Assembly: GCA_943788915.1 (NCBI GenBank)
Contig: CALSSD010000003.1
Coordinates: forward strand, 198,663-262,662
Length of the DNA stretch: 64,000 nucleotides
DNA from: an uncultured Acidimicrobiales bacterium
GTDB taxonomy: Bacteria; Actinomycetota; Acidimicrobiia; Acidimicrobiales; UBA10347
Direction of reading: 5' to 3'
Below the pieces are notes generated by a model. It worked only from the letters and a program-made list of their open reading frames with translations, had not been told where the DNA came from and ran no database searches. Position 1 is the first letter of the stretch. Every line of letters begins with the position of its first letter. The position numbers and the translations under genes are program-made. Shown piece after piece: positions 60,627-64,000 of the stretch.

Positions 60627-61787
60627 ATGCAACTTCATGGTCGCACTAACGGACTGATTCACTCGCCGATTGGCGAGGCGTTCGCGTTGTTGGCAGCGCA
60701 TACACCAAACCGGCCACTACTAAATTTGTCGCAGGCCGCGCCAAGTTTCCCGCCAGCGCCACAGGTGTCTGACCGTGTGGCCGAGGTGGCGTACGAGGAA
60801 GATGGCGCCCGGTATGTACCTCAGGAGGGGCTGCCTGGGCTTCGCACCGCACTAGCAGCCGAACTCACCGACCTGTACCCCGGGACCGTCTCTGTCGACA
60901 ACATACTGATTACCGCCGGATGCAATCAGGCGTTCTGTGTGATTGCATCGGCCCTGACGATCCCAGGCGACAACCTAATTGTGGCTCTCCCTTATTATTT
61001 CAACCACGACATGTGGCTCGAGGTTGAAGGGGTTGAGCGGCGATACCTCGAACCGGATTCGGCCACGTTGCCGGCCATGGCTCCCACCGTGGCCGATGCC
61101 GCTGCACTGATCGACGACCGGACCAGGGCCATCGTGCTCGTCTCACCTGGCAATCCCAGTGGCGTCACCCTGTCCCCCGAGCTGCTCGCAGACTTCTTTG
61201 ATCTGTGCGTCGAACACAACATCATGCTGGTGCTCGACGAGACGTATCGGTCCTACCGGGGCACCGATGTCCCCGCCCACGATTTGTACGACCGGTCGAA
61301 CTGGGCCGACCATCTTGTCACCTTGCAAAGTTTCTCGAAGGATCTTGCGATTCCGGGGTATCGCGTCGGTGCTGTTGTGGGTTCCCGTGATGCGCTGGCC
61401 GAGGCGATGAAACTTGTTGACTGCATAGCGATCTGTGCGCCCCGCATCGGTCAAGAGGCGGCACTCGCCGGACTTCTCCATGCCAGCGAATGGCGGTCCG
61501 TGCAAGCAGCCCGAATTCAAGAACGCCACCAACAGTTCCGAGCGGTGATGGCCGACTCCCCCGGCGGTTTCGAACTTGTGAGCAGCGGCGCCTACTTCGG
61601 CTGGGTACGACATCCGCACGCCAACACCCCCACGTTGCAGGTCGTCGCCGATCTGTTGAGCACCAAAGACATACTCGTCATTCCTGGCACGGCGTTTACG
61701 CCGACCGATCAGCAGATGTTGCGATTCAGTTTCGCTAACCTCAGCGAACCTGAAATCGACGAACTCGCTCGACGCCTCGCCGAATAG
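60627..61787 (+). CDS. PLP-dependent aminotransferase class I/II
   Basis: SPGNPSG, DETY, SFSK...PG.RVG, RFSF. Confidence 0.92.
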   Translation: MQLHGRTNGLIHSPIGEAFALLAAHTPNRPLLNLSQAAPSFPPAPQVSDRVAEVAYEEDGARYVPQEGLPGLRTALAAELTDLYPGTVSVDNILITAGCNQAFCVIASALTIPGDNLIVALPYYFNHDMWLEVEGVERRYLEPDSATLPAMAPTVADAAALIDDRTRAIVLVSPGNPSGVTLSPELLADFFDLCVEHNIMLVLDETYRSYRGTDVPAHDLYDRSNWADHLVTLQSFSKDLAIPGYRVGAVVGSRDALAEAMKLVDCIAICAPRIGQEAALAGLLHASEWRSVQAARIQERHQQFRAVMADSPGGFELVSSGAYFGWVRHPHANTPTLQVVADLLSTKDILVIPGTAFTPTDQQMLRFSFANLSEPEIDELARRLAE

Positions 61788-61803
61788 AACGTGCCCTACC
61801 TGC

Positions 61804-62583
61804 CTAGGTGGGTATCAGCACATTGGCGAAGATCTGCCACGCAAGAAGGGTCTTAGCGATAAGGCTGAGCGTTATGTAGGTCCGCTCGCCGACCAGATAA
61901 TCGGTCCACCGGCCCTTCTTTCGGTACTGCAGCCATTGGTTTATGGCAAAGGTGTTGAAGAAAACAAACAGCGTGAAGATGATGCCGTAGACGAACCCCG
62001 GAGGCCCCTCGGCACCTTCTTGACCTAGGCCAACCACCAGGTAGGCCACAACGGTCGCCCATGGCCCGATGCCAGCTATGCAACCGAACCAGAACGGGGT
62101 CCACCAAGTGTCTCGATCAGGCCGGTTGACCATCTCCATAACCCAGCCAAACAGGATCATTGACACATTCGCAAACGCAATCGCGATGAGCGCTCCAAGG
62201 TCCGTCAAGTTCGTAACCAACGCAATCAAAACGATCATCAACGTTGACGACAACGAGTACTCGACCCAGCGCAAACGGTTTCGCCCATGGCGTAACTCAG
62301 ACGCGTAGAATTCGAAACCAACAGTCGCGATCAGCAGATGGAACACCGCCGACAGGAACAAGAACAACGACGTCGCGATGCCGAGTGGCACGTCAAACAG
62401 TTGATTGGTTACGCCCTGGGCTAGATCGGTGCCAGGAGGGCCGTTCAGGTTGAATGTGCTGACACCCAGAGCAAAGTCGTTACTGAGCGCCACCATGAGC
62501 ACACCGGACACGGCGTGCAAACCGCCCATGACGAGATTGAACCTACGCAGCTTGCTGAGCTTGTCGTCGCTGACCTCTACCAC
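61804..62583 (-). CDS. heR: Heliorhodopsin
   Basis: LRRFN..GLH; FH; N..RWVEYSLSS; F..FA.N; E..Y..LSLIAK (retinal Lys). Confidence 0.95.
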   Translation of the reverse strand: MVEVSDDKLSKLRRFNLVMGGLHAVSGVLMVALSNDFALGVSTFNLNGPPGTDLAQGVTNQLFDVPLGIATSLFLFLSAVFHLLIATVGFEFYASELRHGRNRLRWVEYSLSSTLMIVLIALVTNLTDLGALIAIAFANVSMILFGWVMEMVNRPDRDTWWTPFWFGCIAGIGPWATVVAYLVVGLGQEGAEGPPGFVYGIIFTLFVFFNTFAINQWLQYRKKGRWTDYLVGERTYITLSLIAKTLLAWQIFANVLIPT

Positions 62584-62646
62584 CTCTTCATGGGGATCAA
62601 ACGAATATCTTCCGCGCGGTTGTCGGTCTTGTCATGGGGTCGCCGC

Positions 62647-63156
62647 TCAGGCGCTTATTCGTGGGTGTTGTTTGGCGTCTTGAGCTGCTCGCACAATCGC
62701 TTTTCGGTGCGGGAATAGTGGCGCGTACCCAGCCGCAGCGCGTTCCTCGTCGTTCTCCGCTCCCCACATGCCATGTTCACGGCCAACACGTCCCGCGAGT
62801 TTGCACATCTCCTTAACACTGCACTGATTGCAGTACGAGCGGGCCGTCGCCTCCCGCTTTTCGCGTCTCACCCGACGTTCGCCTGGAGGAGCGAAGAAGA
62901 GCTGACTACGTCCGCTGCACGGAAACGACCGTTCGGAGCTGTAGAGGCCCGACAACACCTCGGCTGCCTCTGGCGAGGCAATCAGCGTCGGCGTCGACTC
63001 TGGGCTCGCTACACCGAGTGCGTGTTTCGCGTCGAGGTCGTGGACATCGATCTGGTCGATGTCGGAGGTTTCAGGTGAATCAAACATAAGGACTCCGGGG
63101 GGGGGTGGTGGGGGATCTTGCGTGAGCGTCGCCATCGACGCTTCGAACCTGTCCAC
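62647..63156 (-). CDS. WhiB-family Fe-S transcriptional regulator with N-terminal extension
   Basis: C..LFF.P.GE..RE..A..CxxC.V...C..GMWG. Confidence 0.88.
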   Translation of the reverse strand: MDRFEASMATLTQDPPPPPPGVLMFDSPETSDIDQIDVHDLDAKHALGVASPESTPTLIASPEAAEVLSGLYSSERSFPCSGRSQLFFAPPGERRVRREKREATARSYCNQCSVKEMCKLAGRVGREHGMWGAENDEERAAAGYAPLFPHRKAIVRAAQDAKQHPRISA

Positions 63157-63226
63157 GTGTAGAGGATTGACAGCTCAGGTCGAGTTCAAACACCTTTCTC
63201 AAAGAAGCTCGGACCCGCCATGACTG

Positions 63227-64000
63227 ATGGGCCATGATGGGAGCGTGTCTGCTTCGATCCCCCATGACCGAGTGCGGGGGGATCTGGTCAAGCTCGCGCC
63301 GGTGCTGCTCGCAGCTTTAGAACAAACCCGTTCGTCAGCGTGTATCACGACCGCCGACCTCGCAGCTCCCGGCCCAACCATCGTGTACGTAAACCCTGCG
63401 TACTGCGCCATGACCGGCAGAGCCCCAGAAGAGGTCATCGGCAGTTCGCCTCGGCTTATGCAAGGCCCGCTTACCGATCGCAAAGTCCTCGATCGGCTGC
63501 GCCGCAATCTGACCGATGGTGAACCATTTAGCGGCGAAACGGTGAACTATCGGGCCGACGGCACCCCGTTCCTCATCAGCTGGAGCATTGACCCGGTCCG
63601 AACACCCAACGGCGAGATCACCCATTTCGTTGCGACCCAGCAGGACGTCACGACCCAGGTCCGCGCGCACAACCTGATACAAGCCACGCAAGTTCTCGAC
63701 CGGGTGTTGACCACTGCCCTCGACTCAACCAGCGACCGCTGGACTACTCGACAGATGTTCCTTGACGCAATCGTCGATGGAGCTGCCCGCATCGTCCCGT
63801 TCGGGCGTGTCACTGCGGTTCTGATCGATGACGACGACAGGACCCAAACCGTCTCCGGGCCATCCGAAGCCGACGGTGGCCTAACACTACGGGTCGACTT
63901 CTCCCAGTCGGCATCGAAGAGTCGAGGCTGGATTCTCATCCATGGGCTGACTGCAAACGAACACGACTTCGTCGATACTGACGGCATCGAGCGATATGGC
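63227..64000 (+). CDS. PAS (LOV/NifL-like, no photoactive Cys) sensor protein, 3' truncated
   Basis: Own translation: PTIVYVNPAY..TG...EVIGSSPRLMQGP.TD...NYRADG..F...Q.DVT; frame open to window end; start 63227 or 63245. Confidence 0.85.
   Translation, partial: MGHDGSVSASIPHDRVRGDLVKLAPVLLAALEQTRSSACITTADLAAPGPTIVYVNPAYCAMTGRAPEEVIGSSPRLMQGPLTDRKVLDRLRRNLTDGEPFSGETVNYRADGTPFLISWSIDPVRTPNGEITHFVATQQDVTTQVRAHNLIQATQVLDRVLTTALDSTSDRWTTRQMFLDAIVDGAARIVPFGRVTAVLIDDDDRTQTVSGPSEADGGLTLRVDFSQSASKSRGWILIHGLTANEHDFVDTDGIERYG

Noticed and set aside
63097..63114. Poly-G tract as a phase-variation switch in whiB
   Set aside because: It encodes an in-frame poly-Pro linker and there is no evidence of length variation
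63380..63660. Canonical LOV photoreceptor
   Set aside because: The adduct-forming Cys of NCRFLQ is replaced by Pro

Overview
GC-rich actinobacterial DNA; gene content points to Acidimicrobiia (inference). About 43 kb is a minus-strand respiratory region. It starts with a Rieske/cytochrome b operon of the split b6 + subunit IV type (heme ci Cys, 2x[4Fe-4S] ferredoxin, diheme cytochrome c, two unknown membrane proteins), which runs into a 14-subunit nuoA-N cluster followed by a MidA/NDUFAF7 methyltransferase. About 8 kb further on is a second, 11-subunit complex I-like cluster lacking nuoEFG, preceded by a calcium-type dodecin and a dodecin-Usp fusion. The left flank holds a BVMO, a vWA surface-protein pair, MFS, MhuD-like protein, lipase, ferredoxin, P450, an APC permease fusion, Usp, HAD, acs and mscL. 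The right flank holds a cytochrome c, an aminotransferase, heliorhodopsin, WhiB and a PAS protein. Also present: REP-like tandem repeats, Rex/CRP-like sites, and several single-base frameshifts that look like sequencing errors. No rRNA, tRNA, CRISPR array or mobile element was recognised. All calls come from motif recognition by eye; no searches were run.
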